Source of the DNA: the human T2T-CHM13v2.0 reference genome, Homo sapiens
Direction: 5' to 3' (one strand)
Length of the DNA stretch: 64,000 nt
Assembly: GCF_009914755.1 (NCBI RefSeq)
Contig: NC_060932.1
Of this stretch, positions 12,981-28,235 are shown piece by piece. A program made the translations under genes and the position numbers. Numbering within the stretch: the first letter of the stretch is position 1; each line of letters begins with the position of its first letter. The notes under the pieces were generated by a model, which was not told the DNA's origin, searched no databases, and saw only the letters and a program-made list of their open reading frames with translations.

Positions 12981-13695
12981 TACTTAGAAGAAAAATCAAT
13001 ACAGCCTATATAAAAATTTGAATAGAGGTGTTAAATACAATAAAATATGTAAATAATGTACTTAGTAACATAATTTATGAATAGTTTTTTATTTGTTGTT
13101 GTTAAGAATAACAACATGCATGATAAATGTACACTAGAACTTTTTCATATGTTATGTGAGACAACTATAGCTTAGGGCAACATCACAGGCTCTATAGACA
13201 TATAGATAGATAACTTTTAGAGTGTGAAGTAAAAAATGAAGTAATGTGGGTAAAAAGTGATATACTAAATAGTGGTAGCTATTATTATTTTTATAAATGT
13301 ACAATACACACATATTGAGTAAAAGAAAAACTTGTACATGCTGCTCTGCAGCTGCATAATCCCTGCTCTATTTGTGGGTACTCTGAACACTCGCAGTGTA
13401 TGATTTAATATTGACTAAGATGAGATTCTGGATAAACACTGTGGACCTAAGCCTTTGCCTAAACCTAAATGCTTTGTTTGTTTTCTTTTTTCTGTTTCAG
13501 TATTTTTGATGAGCTCAGTTTCTTGTACTTTTAAAGAAATAGGAGGATGGTAGTAGATGACCTGATAAAATGCAGTGTTTCATAAGATCTCGAATTAGTC
13601 AAATCTGAATGACATCCGGTGTCTTACATAATGCCTGATGCTTTCTTTTTGACATGCGTAGCTTTTTAAGCCTTTGAGCTAGAGTTTAACAGGGG

Positions 13696-14167
13696 TGAAT
13701 TAGTTGGGTTTTTCAAAAAAAATAGAATCAATAGGATATATAAAGATACATAGATAGAGATATCAATAACTTTATTATGGGAATCGACTTATGCAATTAT
13801 GGAGATTAAGAGGTCCCAAGATCTGCTGTCTGAAAACTAGAGGGTGTGACCCTCTGGTGTAAGTCCTGGAGTCCTCAGGCCTGAGAACCGAGACCTCTGA
13901 TGTCCAAAGAGAGGAGGAGATGATGCCCCAGCTTAAAGAGAGAGCATGAGAATTCACCCTTCCTCTGCCTTTTTGTTCTATTCAGGCCCTCAATGAATTG
14001 GATGATGCCTGCCCACATTGGTGAGAACAGATCTTACTCAATTTACCGATTCACATTGCTAAACTCTTCCAGAAGTGTCCTCACAGACATACCCAGAAAT
14101 AATGTTCAACCAGCTATCTGGGCATCCCTTAAGCCAATCAAGTTGACACATAAAATTAACCATCACA
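13696..14167 (-). mobile_element. MLT2B-like ERVL solo LTR
   Basis: Ends caagttgacacataaaattaaccatcaca and contains cctttttgttctattcaggccctcaatgaattggatgatgcc. Confidence 0.9.
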
Positions 14168-15079
14168 AGTAGTGAACTTTAAGTCTGTCTATCGTAGTTA
14201 CTTGTGTGTGTCTGACACCTGTCTTAAACTGGGAAAGCCTGGAGGAAAAGAATTACATCTTCTTCCTCTTCTGTTTCTCCATAGAGGCTAACTCCATGTA
14301 GCTGCAATTGCAAAGAGATACATGGGCAGAGAGTAGAGGAGAGCAGTGCAGTGGTGCTTTGATGCTGTAGGAAGCAGATATTGAGGGGAACTCTCCTGAG
14401 GGTCCTGAAATTCATAGCTGATTCTCAGCAGATTCCTGGGGATCACACACATGGGCTCCACAGGCACCTGAGAATATTAGCTACATCTTCTCTTACATCT
14501 GATACTTCTTGATGTCAGGAAATCAGGCAGCAGCTTCCCCAGCCATCCAATGTTTGTATAAGCTTTTCATTTCCTGTATTATGTATTGTCACTTGGAATA
14601 CAATGAATGAGTTTTGTTTTATTAATAAAAACTCTGTTCAATATACTGAGGGAGAGAGAACCAAATGAACAGAAAAATAAGTTGGAGATTCTCCAATGCT
14701 ATATGCCCCAGCATCATGTAAGATTAAAAAAAAAAATTCTTGCCTTTTAGTTGTAATGAGTATCTGGGAGCTAAAAACTGATGATTTTAAGATTAGGCAA
14801 TATGCAAAATAGACAAAGAAAAGCAGAGCTAAATACAGTGATGCTTGCCTTTCCACCGGCAACTCCAATACAATGATCTATAAGCTTTTGATTTAAACAC
14901 TTTCTGAGTTACTGGTTAACTGGGGAAAGATTCATGGGAAAAAAAAAAGGCATTACATAACCTTGCCATTCAAAGTCATTGTCACTGGCATCACCTGGGT
15001 GTTTGTTAAAAACACAGACCTTGGATATCTTTAAAAACATCCTAAAGTGATCAGTAAAGTCATTAATGATGAGAACCAT

Positions 15080-15225
15080 TCCTAGGGAGGACTTGTTAAA
15101 ACAGAGATTTCTCAGTCCCACCCCTAGCATTTCAGATTTAATTTGTCTGGGGTGTAGCCTAGGCATTGAAATATTTAAGAGCTCCTCAAGGAATTCCACT
15201 GTGAAGGTGTTTGAGAGACAGTAGT
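15080..15225. mobile_element. MER5A-like MITE fragment
   Basis: ggacttgttaaaacagagatttctcagtcccacccctagcatttcagatt...gtctggggtgtagcctagg. Confidence 0.65.
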
Positions 15226-15555
15226 ACAGAGCTCTTCTGCTATGGTCCTAATACCTGCAGGAGATTTAGCATGTTTGGTAAGTTAACAATAATGACCCAG
15301 AATTTGTTTCCAGGTGTATTTTATCTTAAGTAGCTCCATTAAATCCAAGTCCTGAGCTTTTCTACAATAACTAAGATGTTTGGACTTCTGCCAGCATTTT
15401 ATAGGGTTGCCTGGCTAAGCTAGCACGTCTTTTGTCTATTTCCTCCTGAGTATTATGCTTGCAATTAAATTATTAGCTACAAAATAGGTGGATGCTTTTT
15501 TGGAAGTATAGTGATAGCTTTGTAGTCCATAAAGAGCGGGTCTTTCTAAAGGCAT

Positions 15556-16043
15556 GGGATATTTGTTTCCTATTATAGCTGTAAGAAAGCACCACAAACC
15601 TTGTGGCTTAAAACAACACATTTATTATCTTACATTTTGTTGATCAGAAGTCCAAAATGAGCCTTACAGGGCTCAATTCAAGGTGTCAGTAGGGCTGCAT
15701 CCCTTGTAAAGTCTCCAGCAGATAATCCATTTTCTTGCCTTTTTCAGCTTCTAGAGGCCACCTGCATTCCTTGGCCTCGCAGCCCTTCTTCCACTTTGAG
15801 AGGTGTCACTCTATCCCCTGCTTTCATCGTCACATCTCCTTTTTCTGACTTTGACCTGCTCGTCTCCTTCATGCAAAGACACTACATTTGGCCCACCTAG
15901 ATAATCCTGAATAATCTCCATATGTTAAAACACTTAATCACATCTACGGAGTCCCTTTTGCCATGTAAGAAAACATGCTCACGAGTTCCAGGGATTAGAC
16001 ATGAATATCTTGGGGACAGGAGAGGTGTTATTCTATCTGCCAC
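15556..16043 (-). mobile_element. MLT1C/D MaLR solo LTR
   Basis: ccacaaaccttgtggcttaaaacaacacatttattatcttaca...cagcttctagaggccacctgcattccttggc. Confidence 0.9.
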
Positions 16044-16366
16044 TTATGGTTAAATGTGTCAAAAAAATATTGCACTCAGTAGCGTTAATTTTTTTAAAGA
16101 AGAATGTATTAAAACAATCATGCATATGCAAACCAACCATCGTGGTTATTTAAAATACATAAAGGAAGATTTGCATTAATGTAATCACTGCATTTCCATG
16201 CAGCTAAGGTTTCTTTATCTTAATTGTTCTTACATTAGTTTGCAGGAACTTCCCTCTCTATCCTCCCCTTGCTTTACTGGACATTACTTGCTGTCTAAAT
16301 CTTTCATCCATTAACAAGTTAAAGTTGTCTTCTACCACAGGTGTTCATTTAATCTTTATTCCAGAT

Positions 16367-17179
16367 CAGTGATTTTCAGTCTTGGTTACCCACAACGATA
16401 ACCTTGGGAGTTCTGACAAAAATCCAGTGTCCAGGCCACATTCATGACCAATTAAATCAGAATCTTTGGGGAGAAAACCCAAGTATCACTGTATTTTTTT
16501 TTTCTTTTTCAACTTTTATTTTACATTCAGAGGGTACAAGTGCAGGTTTGTTACATGGGTAAATTGCAGGTCACTGGGGTTTGGTGTGCAAATGATTTTG
16601 TCACCAGTCAGTGAGCACAGTACCCAATAGGTAGTTTTTTGACCCTCACCCTCCTACCACCTTCCACTCTCATGTAGGCCCCAATGTTCATTGTTCCCCT
16701 CTTTGTGTCCGTGTGTACTCAACGTTTAGCTCCCACTTATAAGTGAGAACATGTGGTATGTAATTTTCTGTTCCTGTTTTATTCACTTAGCATAATGGCC
16801 TCCAGCTGTATCCATGTCACTGCAAAGGACATAATTCCATTTTTCGGGGTTGCATAGTATTCCATAATATGTATATACCACATTTTATTTATCTAGTCCA
16901 CCATTGATGAGCATCTAGGTTAATTCTTGTCTTTGCTATTATCAATAATGCTGTAATGAATGTACAAGTGCATACGCCTTTTTGATGGAATAATTTATGT
17001 TTCTTTGGCTACATATCCAGTAATGGGATTGCTTGGTCTAATGGTAGTTCTGTATAAATTCTTTGAAAAAGAGTTTGCAGACTATTTTTGAGAAATCTCC
17101 AAACGGCTTTCTATAGTGGCTGAACTAATTTGAAATTGCCCAGATTATTTCAATGTGCATCTCAGTTTGAAAACTGCTT
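16367..17179. mobile_element. MER5-type MITE split by an L1 insertion (parts 16367-16493 and 17132-17179)
   Basis: Left part ccaattaaatcagaatctttgggg, right part cccagattatttcaatgtgcatctcagtttgaaaactg. Confidence 0.65.
16494..17131 (-). mobile_element. L1PA15/16- or L1PB-like 3' fragment
   Basis: caacttttattttacattcagagggtacaagtgcaggtttgttacatgggtaaattgc; tttagctcccacttataagtgagaacatg. Confidence 0.9.
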
Positions 17180-17859
17180 CTTAAGAGTTCCTGTTTCCTC
17201 CTTCAAGCTATATGCTCTCTTCCTAATTCCTACTGAAAGAAAGAAGAAATCTACATGGCACCCTGTTTGCTGAATAACCCTCTGATGTTTTGTTGTTGTT
17301 GTTTTTCAGCTAGAGAGTAACCAATGCAGCAGCAAAACAAGTTTATAGTCAGAAGTTAACCTAGCGGTACCTACACCCTCTTGAGAGTATAAGAGCTTAG
17401 GAAATGCCATCAAGATACCTCTACCCAGTGCCCCAATATTGACAGAGCCAATAGGAATAACTTGCTGGAGAGGTGAGCTTTGCCCAGGTGAATGTCCAGC
17501 CTTTCTTCTCTTCCCTCTAGTACTATCCGAAGATAACTTTGGAAATTAAGAGCTCACAATCTGAGAACACTCAGGGGCCAGCTTTTTGAAGAATTGACCT
17601 GTGTCACTCCTGGAAGGACTTTTCTCTGGATCCAATCGAAAGGCAGAAGCCACCCCAATTCATCCTTTGTAGTTGTCTCTCTGCACAGTGTTTTGGTTTT
17701 GTTTGTTTTTTGTCCTGGAATCAGTGGCATCATAAGGTTATGGATGTGCTCTTGTGTGCCAAATTTGAAACAGGCCTTTCTGTTCTTAATTACAGTAACA
17801 TTTTCTAATTTGACTCTGACAGGCACCCTGTTACTTTCATTACCTATGCTACCGTACTT

Positions 17860-18100
17860 TTCATGTCTTACCCCTTTCCTCCGTAAGTCTTCTCTGTTAA
17901 CAGCACCTATTGACATCTAATACACTACATATTGTATTTATTTATTGTATGCCTTCTACCATTAAAGTGCTGAAAAAAGGAGAATAGGAATCTAAGAATC
18001 TTAGCCCTTTTTCTTTCTTTTGGCTACCACTTTATTCCTAATAAAGCCTAAAATAGTTCCTCACACGTTATAGGTGCTCAGTAAAATATATTCAAATATA
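17860..18100 (+). mobile_element. L2 3' end
   Basis: gcctaaaatagttcctcacacgttataggtgctcagtaaaatat. Confidence 0.55.
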
Positions 18101-18164
18101 TATCAAAAATAAATTCATTCAACATATATGTGAACGTATGATTTTCATTCATATGAATGAATGA

Positions 18165-18330
18165 ATGAATTTTATCCTTATAACAGCCCTATGAGAGAAA
18201 CGCATCATTAGGCCTGTTCTACAAGATGACGAAATTGAGGCACTGGAAATTAAGTTCTCAAGTAGAAAATGGCAAAGAAGATTTCAAATCCAGGCAGTCT
18301 GATTCTCAGTCTATCCTCTTGGCCACCACT
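18165..18330 (-). mobile_element. MIR
   Basis: atccttataacagccctatgag...gatgacgaaattgaggcac...gatttcaaatccaggcagtctga. Confidence 0.7.
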
Positions 18331-18384
18331 TTATAATGATTCTTCTCCTTATCAGCTATACGATTAAACCTAATTACCTTAACA

Positions 18385-18570
18385 ACAGTGCTGTGGGGAG
18401 AAGCTATTCCTTCTAGTCTGGCGTGGGTCTGAATATTGCCTTTGACAGCTCCTAACTAGGTGTTTTTTGGCAGGTAATATCCCATCTCTGAGTTCTTCGC
18501 TCATACATGAAACAGGAACATCTACCTCACAGGGTTACAGAAACGATTGAGTGAAAGATGGTACATTTTC
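18385..18570 (+). mobile_element. MIR
   Basis: ggcaggtaatatcccatctctgagtt...tctacctcacagggtt. Confidence 0.6.
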
Positions 18571-19192
18571 TTCTTCGTTTTAACGGGCAAAGCTTCCCCC
18601 AACCACAGGATAGCTTCCAGTGAAGCAGGCAGACGCAGGCACTTACTAAGGCTTTCAGGTTTCCCTATTATCTGCCCATGTCGGGGTCTTGGACAAAGGA
18701 AATGATATGTGACATTTGGGGTTGAGAAAAATGTTTCAAGAGACGCAAGTTGAGTCATCTCCTTATTTTGGAACATTTTCATGCAAAGGTGAAAGAAGTG
18801 CCCTTTTTGTCTCCAAAGAAGCTACTCCTATCTGCTTTTGCATTACATGATTTTATTTAGTTTCAGATGACTGTGTGATTTGAGAGGTGACTTATGCTTT
18901 GCTGAATATATCTATGGAGAAAAGACTAACTAATAACTGTAATTTTTTCCTGATGGATTTTTTTTTTAAAAAGGAAATTTTAAGAAATACCTGTTGTTGC
19001 ATGGTTTTTGAATCCCCTGGTCGGCTTTGTTGAATGCAGATTTTAAAATGATTATTTGCTGTGAATATTAATAATATTCACCACAAATAACATATTGTCT
19101 ATAGAGCTGAGGTGTGATCAGAACATTTCCATCACCCAAGAAAGAAATCCTGATCCCACTGGCATTCACTTTTTTTCTTTAATTTTATTTTT

Positions 19193-19440
19193 GTATGTGT
19201 GTGTTTTTAATTAAAACTTTTATTTTGAAATAACCATAGATTCATATGCAGTTATAAAAAAAAATACAGAGAGATCTCCTGTACCCTTTACCCAGTTTCC
19301 CCCAATGGTAACATTCTATAAAACTGTAGTACAGTATCACAACCAGGATATTGATATTGATATAGCCAAGATACAGAACAATTCCATCATTGCCAGGATC
19401 CCTCATGTTGGTCTTTTATACCCACATGCACTTCCCTCTC
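19193..19440 (-). mobile_element. L1MC-like 3' end carried as a 3'-transduced segment
   Basis: aatacagagagatctcctgtaccctttacccagtttcccccaatggtaacatt is an L1MC1-type 3' end. It lies between two T-rich tails inside the TSD. Confidence 0.8.
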
Positions 19441-21323
<1,883 letters not shown>

Positions 21324-21824
21324 CGCTGGCATTCACTTTCTACTTGCCCCTTGGCAGCTGCTAATCTACTTTCTGTCTCTAGAATTTGCCTATTCTGGAC
21401 ATTACATGCAAATAGAATCATAAAGTATGCGGTCTTTTGAGTCTATTCTTTTATGCAGTGTAATATTGTCAAGGTTTATCTATGTTGTGGCATGTTGCAG
21501 TACTTCATTTTTGTATTGCTGAAAAATATTCTATTGTATGGAAATACTACATTTTATTTATCCATTCATCAGTTGATGGACATTTGAGTTTCTCCTGCTT
21601 TTTGATTATTATGAATAATGTATGAACATTTACATAAAAGTTTTCATGTGAAAATATATTTTCTATTGTCTTGGGTATACACCTAGGACTGGAATTGTTG
21701 AGTCACATGGTAACTCTATGTTTAATGGTATTTATTCATTTCAGTAAAATGAGCATTGTAAAAAATTAAATTCATTACATAATTTGAGTGGCAGAATGAT
21801 GGGGAGGGTCCCAAAGTCAGACAC

Positions 21825-21995
21825 TTTATATTTATTATCCAATTTAATTTTCACAATTGTGGTGAGATAGACATTCATATTTCTGTCTTACAGATGAGGA
21901 GACTTAATCTCTGAGAGATAAATAATTTATCCACTGTCACACAGACATAAATGGGAAAGCAGTAATTTAATCCAGGTCAGAGGGACTCCAAATAT
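21825..21995 (-). mobile_element. MIR
   Basis: ttacagatgaggagacttaatctctgagagataaataatttatccactgtcacacag. Confidence 0.7.
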
Positions 21996-22168
21996 TTCCA
22001 TTATTGAGTTGCTTATTATAACACAGCATACAGCTGGTTTACTGTTATTATTTTTTGGTGGTGATGGTTGTTTTCTGCTTCATTTTTATTTACCCCCATT
22101 AGACAAATTTGGAGATTTTAAAATTTAAAACTTTTAAGCTCTGTTTTCTTTACTAAAAGGAAATGTGA

Positions 22169-22498
<330 letters not shown>

Positions 22499-23585
22499 TT
22501 TCTAGGCAGTCTTTTATGTCTATGGTTTACATCATTGAGCTTCTATGCCAGACAGCCAGCAAATATTTCTTAAAATAAAAAAGAAACATAAATAACACAT
22601 GCCATCTGCTAATAAATAACATATGAAAATATGTAATAAATATATGCCAATATATGATAAATATAATACACCAATTCGTTTTAAAGACATAAACCTTGTT
22701 GCAAAAATACTAGAATGCAATTGGATTTTAGAGAGGTACTTTCTCTGTACCTCAGTGTCGTACTTTAGTATTTCCTCAAATTCTCCAAAATAGATGTCGA
22801 CATTACCAGACCTTTTTTTTCCACAAATGAAAATAGATGGTACACTGAAAAAATAAAATCTATTGATAATATTTATATATTTTATTTATAATGGTTTATA
22901 AATAGTCTTAAGATCTGCTTAAATTAATAGTTTGCAGATTTCCACAAAGCATAAAAATTATTTTCTCTGATACTAACCACAGTATTATAGCTAATGTTTA
23001 TGAAGTAGAATTCTTCTAATAAAGTAATATTTTAATTTTTTTCAAACAAAAGTGATAATGCTAAAACCAAAATTCAGTGACTAGGGAAAGATTGATATGG
23101 ATCAGCCAAAGTAGCATTAATTCCAATGTGTATTAATTTCATCACTCAATGACGTTCATTTGAATATTCCTACAAATAAACATGTGCACATGCATTAATG
23201 TTAGCATGTTAGCAAAAACTTTTTTGACACTATGAAAAATAAAGGTATTGATTGTGGCAACTCGTGTAGTTATATTTGAAATATGGAATAATACTTTTAG
23301 TAATTGTTTGCTTTAAGTATTCCAGAAAAAAGTTTCAAGGCAGCATGATTGGTGGGAGATTATATTGAGAACATGTATGCCTTTGTGTTTTCTTTCTTAG
23401 AAATGCCAATTAGAAGCAGACGAATTGAGAGTTGGAAACAATGAAAGAAATGGAGTTAAAAAAAAAGTTTTTGCTAATTCACAACATAGATAACCAACAA
23501 TTACTTAAATGTATTAAAGCTATTTCTTTACAAAACCAATTTCTTTAAATCTATTGTGTTATAAAAAAAATTTCAGGTTCCATGT

Positions 23586-23710
23586 CATTCATTCATTCAT
23601 TAACTCATGTAAGAAAATTGTATTTAGTGCCAACTTTTTACCAAGAATGATGCTACTGGTGATGATACAGACATAATTCCTGCCCTTGTGGACTTTGTGG
23701 TCTGTTAGAA
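23586..23710 (-). mobile_element. L2 3' end
   Basis: (cattt/catt)n tail and agacataattcctgcccttgtggactt. Confidence 0.6.
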
Positions 23711-25365
23711 AATTTTTGTATCAAGTGCAAAATTAATGGAGGGGAGACTTCCTCCTATTCTATGACTCTTTGAAGCATAGTTCCTTATATCCTACTTTTG
23801 AAAGCTCTTCGCTAAGATGTAATTGTCCCTCTATACAAGATTTTGTTTTTTCAAATAACTTTGTTTCTTCCTCGGAATGGTAATTAATGAAAGGATGAAG
23901 CACCTAGTATTCTATAGTGGTAGAGGAACATTAAAATATAGATAAATTAGAATAAGTCTTTCCAAAGGGAAAAAAGTGGCCGTCAAAAGCTTGCTAAGTT
24001 GTCTTTATTTGTAATCACATTAGAAGTTTCCCAACAATAACAATCATTTCAAGAGAAACCAAAGCAGTCCACTGAAGGGCATGGCCAGGAGCAGGTGGTA
24101 AATAGAACACACAGCCTATAGGGCAAAGAGGGAAGTTGAGGGAGCAAGGTCTTCTAAAATTGATCATTCTTACAGCAAGCATTTCTACCCACTATCACTT
24201 TCAAAGCTCCTATTACACGGTTGTATCCAGCTATTTAAGTGATTCTTTTCTTAGAATCAAGGAGCTTCAGGAGCCCAGAAGAATCATAGAGGTCACCTCA
24301 ACATTTATCTACCAAGGAGAGTTTACTAATCAAAACAGGGAACTAAAATGCCAAAGGATGTGTTTTTTCTTACAATTTAATTATACCACATTCTCCCTTT
24401 TCCATTTAATGTGCATAACTCAATTGAATGTATATTTTCTTATTTATTTGATGATAGCATTGGCATTTATAAATTATTGTCTGAAAGAGCACCAGGGGAT
24501 GTCTGGTTTCTTTCCCTCAGTAATTTTGCCTGCTTCTGTTTAACAGAGGCATATTTATCTTAGATTTCTGCTTCTTGCCTTCCACAATGAATGACATTTC
24601 TTTTCAGATATTTCCATTTCCAGATACGATATTAAGTAACTTCAATAATGTAGAGAAAAATGTTCAAGGATAAACCTCACATAACAGTGTTCTTTTAAAC
24701 AAATATCTTTCTTAGTGACAACTTTGGGAAGATCTCTTTAGTCTTTTTCATATGCACACACACATATGCACACTTTTAGTTTATAGGATAGTTAAAATGA
24801 CATGTGCAAATAGCCTTTAGTGAATCTTTTTGACATGACAGTTTATGGTTTAAGAGGTGGCTAGTGGGTCTCTGCTTTCAATGTTATGCATAAAATAAAG
24901 AAGTATGAATACTTCAATTGCACAAGAAGTGTCATTTTAAAATAATATAATTGTCCCTGCATTTTAGGAGTATTATTTTTTTTTCATCAGCCTTAGTCAT
25001 GATTGCCAATTCAGGGGCAAATGTATGAGATAATCCCCAATTTTGTTTGTATTGCTCACAAGTCATTAATTTCATTTCTGGGCAGTATCTTTTGCATGTC
25101 AAGTCTCTCCTTCCTTTTTCTTCCAACCCTTTAATCAGTGCAAATGGTTTTATTCCACAGGGCAGAGGCTAAGAAAAATACACATGCAGTTAAGAGACTG
25201 GACAGGGAGTAGAGTGCTACATTTTTATTCATATTGAAATGTGGGATACTGTAGCTTCTCCTGAAGCAACTTTTATGCAATACTCATGCAGGACACTTTA
25301 TGGAAAAAAAATAAATCTCATGGTTAAAGAAATTTGGAAAAATCTATATACTTTCTTAGAAAGTA

Positions 25366-25519
25366 ATATGCTAAGGTTTAGCAAATAAAAATACAGGACA
25401 CTTGGTTAAGTTAGAATTTCAGATAAACAGCAAATACTTAGTGTAATCCCATGCAATATTTGGAACACACTTATACCAAAAAGTTATTTGGGCATCGTGT
25501 ATCTTGTCTAGTAACCCTA
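25366..25519. mobile_element. MER53 hAT MITE, internally deleted
   Basis: tttagcaaataaaaatacaggacac...gaatttcagataaaca...tcccatgcaatatttgg...taacccta. Confidence 0.8.
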
Positions 25520-25789
25520 TTAGAAACTCAGTCACATTTAGCATTTTAACTTTTTGTTTAATCCTCAATTTATCATTGACAAATTTAGAATTCCAGAGAA
25601 AGCAGCATAAAGAAAGGAAACACTGACAGAAGATGATAGAGAACAATGGATACTTTTGTTTGGCTTGACCCCCCACAATAAGTATGAGGTAAAGTTGGAG
25701 GAAAGAAAGATAGAAAAATATAATGGATATCTGTTGCTTTTCCTTGACCAAGACCCATATCTTCATAATATCAACAGTACCTCATTGGA

Positions 25790-26360
25790 AAACCATCCCT
25801 AGCTACTCTCAGCCCTTCTAATGTGTGGAAGGCTAATCCAATACCAGTTTCTAAAGATAAGTAACTGATTTAGGCCTGAACATCTGGTGTGCTTCTTCTC
25901 CCTGGCAACAGTGATTGGTTCAGAGAAAGACTACCAGACTTGGGATTTTGTTGGCATGATTTTACAAGAAGCACCACTTCCCCTTGGGTTGCTCTATGGA
26001 TGGGATCTGGAGCTGGAGGGGCTGGCAGCCATTTTTTTTTCCCTCTCCTTTGGCGAGGCTTCCTGCAAACAAAGCCAGGACAGTTGAAGAAGCCTCACCA
26101 AAGGAAGGAGGGCAAGATCATCCGTGACGTCACTAAAGCACTTGGACCTGGCTGTGGCTGAGGCCAACGCTGAAATTAATAAATTAAATGAACTCTCTGT
26201 CCTTCTTCTTTCATTCCTTCCTTCCTTTCTCCCTTCCTCCCTACCTGCATCTCTCCTTTTCTCCCGTCTTCTCCTTTTCTCCCATCTTCTCCCGTCTCTC
26301 TCTTTCTTTCATCTTAAGCCACTTTGAAGTAGGCCTCTCACAACCTAAAGACTCCTAATT
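25790..26360 (+). mobile_element. MLT1K-like MaLR LTR
   Basis: ccctggcaacagtgattggttcag; gctggcagccatttt; cttaagccactttga. Confidence 0.6.
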
Positions 26361-26545
26361 TCCCCATAAAAATAGTTTAGAGCTGGATTATGAAAGATAT
26401 TTTATTTCAGACTAAGGATTTAGAATTTTAATCTGTCTTAAACCTTTGGTGATTTCTGAGCAGGGAAGAAATGGGATTAGAGATTTAACCTAGGAAGGCT
26501 AACAAGAGGATGCATTAGGAGAAGGATTTAGGAAAGGAGTGCATC

Positions 26546-26853
26546 CCTGGAGGCCGTTATCCTAAGCGAATTAACACTGGAACAGAAAATCAAATACCCC
26601 ATGTTCTCACTTATAAGTGAGAACTAAACATCGGGAATACATGGACATAAAGATGGCAACCATAGACACTGGAGACTACTAGAGGGGAGAGGAAGCAGGG
26701 GCAAGGACCCAAAACTAATTATTGGGTATCATGCTCACAACCTGGGTGACAGGATCATTCATAACCCAAACCTCAGCATCATGCAACATACCTGGGTAAC
26801 AAAACTGTACATGTACTTCCTGAGTCTAAAAGTTGAAAATAAATAAAGAAGAA
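26546..26853 (+). mobile_element. L1PB-like 3' end inserted in an L2 relic
   Basis: catgttctcacttataagtg...ccaaacctcagcatcatgcaa. Perfect 14-bp TSD gaaaggagtgcatc 26532-26545 / 26854-26867. Confidence 0.92.
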
Positions 26854-27994
26854 GAAAGGAGTGCATCAGTTACAAGACTATCAAAAATTCTTTGGTGAGC
26901 AGGGATAGGGCACTGATCTGGTGTACTGGACATACATGGATATAAGAGTGTTGATAGAGAATTTAGATGTGACAGCGGATTAAATGATGGCAAGGGGGGA
27001 GACATATTATTATTCAATACATATTTATTAAACTTCTAAAGCAGTGAAACTTATTGTCAGGGGAACATCTTGAATTGGCTCCAGTAGAGATATAAAACAC
27101 ACTTTTAAAAATTATAGCCCAGAGGAATTAAAGGGGCAGAATAAACAACTTGATGAAACTCACTGGAAGTTTGTGGTTTTATTATTTGATTATTATAAGG
27201 TTATTATAGCTATTGCCAGAAGCTGAGAGACTTCCTCTGTGGACTTAGGTCCTATTTATGTTGCTGAATAAGCATCCATTTTAAAAAGCACAATCATTAA
27301 TAACTGGTCCATCTGTATATTTTCCCAAACCACTATAATTTCCCAGTTAACATGTATGGCAGTTAAGCTTTTAATGGCCATTTATTTATTTCTGCAGTAT
27401 GTTCATTTGAATGTTTTCATTGAACATCCAGACATTTATTAGTCATTTGTTTACCATTACACAAATTTATGGAACCGTTAAATGCACCATCTTGGTGAGC
27501 TGTCAGAGAAGAGTTATTGTGCAGAGAAGCATATTGTTTGGAATTTGTTAGAAGCTCATCCCAATACTATTAATTCTGTTTATTAGAGAACTGAGACGAT
27601 GCAAGTAATCTCACACAGACATAAAAAGCTGACTTGAAAAACATACTCCCCTTCAAATTGAGAGGTTATCTCTTAGAGGGAAAAAAAAGGCTGGAAGAAA
27701 ATGATTGCTTAGTGTTGGAACCCACATAGAAAATGAATAATAGCTGAATAACTGAGAGTTTAATAACATGCAAGACTCGAGGTATAATATTCTCTTGGGT
27801 TCCATGTTTCTGAATGGCCAGTGACAGGTCTTTCTGGTAATTTCATAATAACTCTATCTTGGGTGAGTTCTAAGAAAATTCTTCATACTGAAAATTCTCT
27901 CAGCATTGCAGTAAGTTTTTGAGCTATTTCCTTGATATTCATGATTGCTAAAACATGATCTTTTGGAAGCAAGTGAAAGAAATAAAGTTACACA

Positions 27995-28235
27995 CATTTT
28001 AAGTGAGATAAATTTGTGTTTGAATCTTGTCTCTGACTATCCCCTGTTGTGTGACCTTAGCGATAAGTGTCTTGAACTCTCTGAGTCTCAAGATCCTCAT
28101 ATTTATGATGGAGATAGTAATATTAACTCCATATAGTAATCAGAAAAACTGATATAATGCACATAAAGTGTTTAGAACAAGGGCTACCACAGTAAGGATT
28201 TGGGGAATATTAGGTGTTAATACCATTATTATTCA
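27995..28235 (+). mobile_element. MIR
   Basis: tttgaatcttgtctctgact...tgtgtgaccttagc...ctctctgagtctca...taaagtgtttagaaca. Confidence 0.75.
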
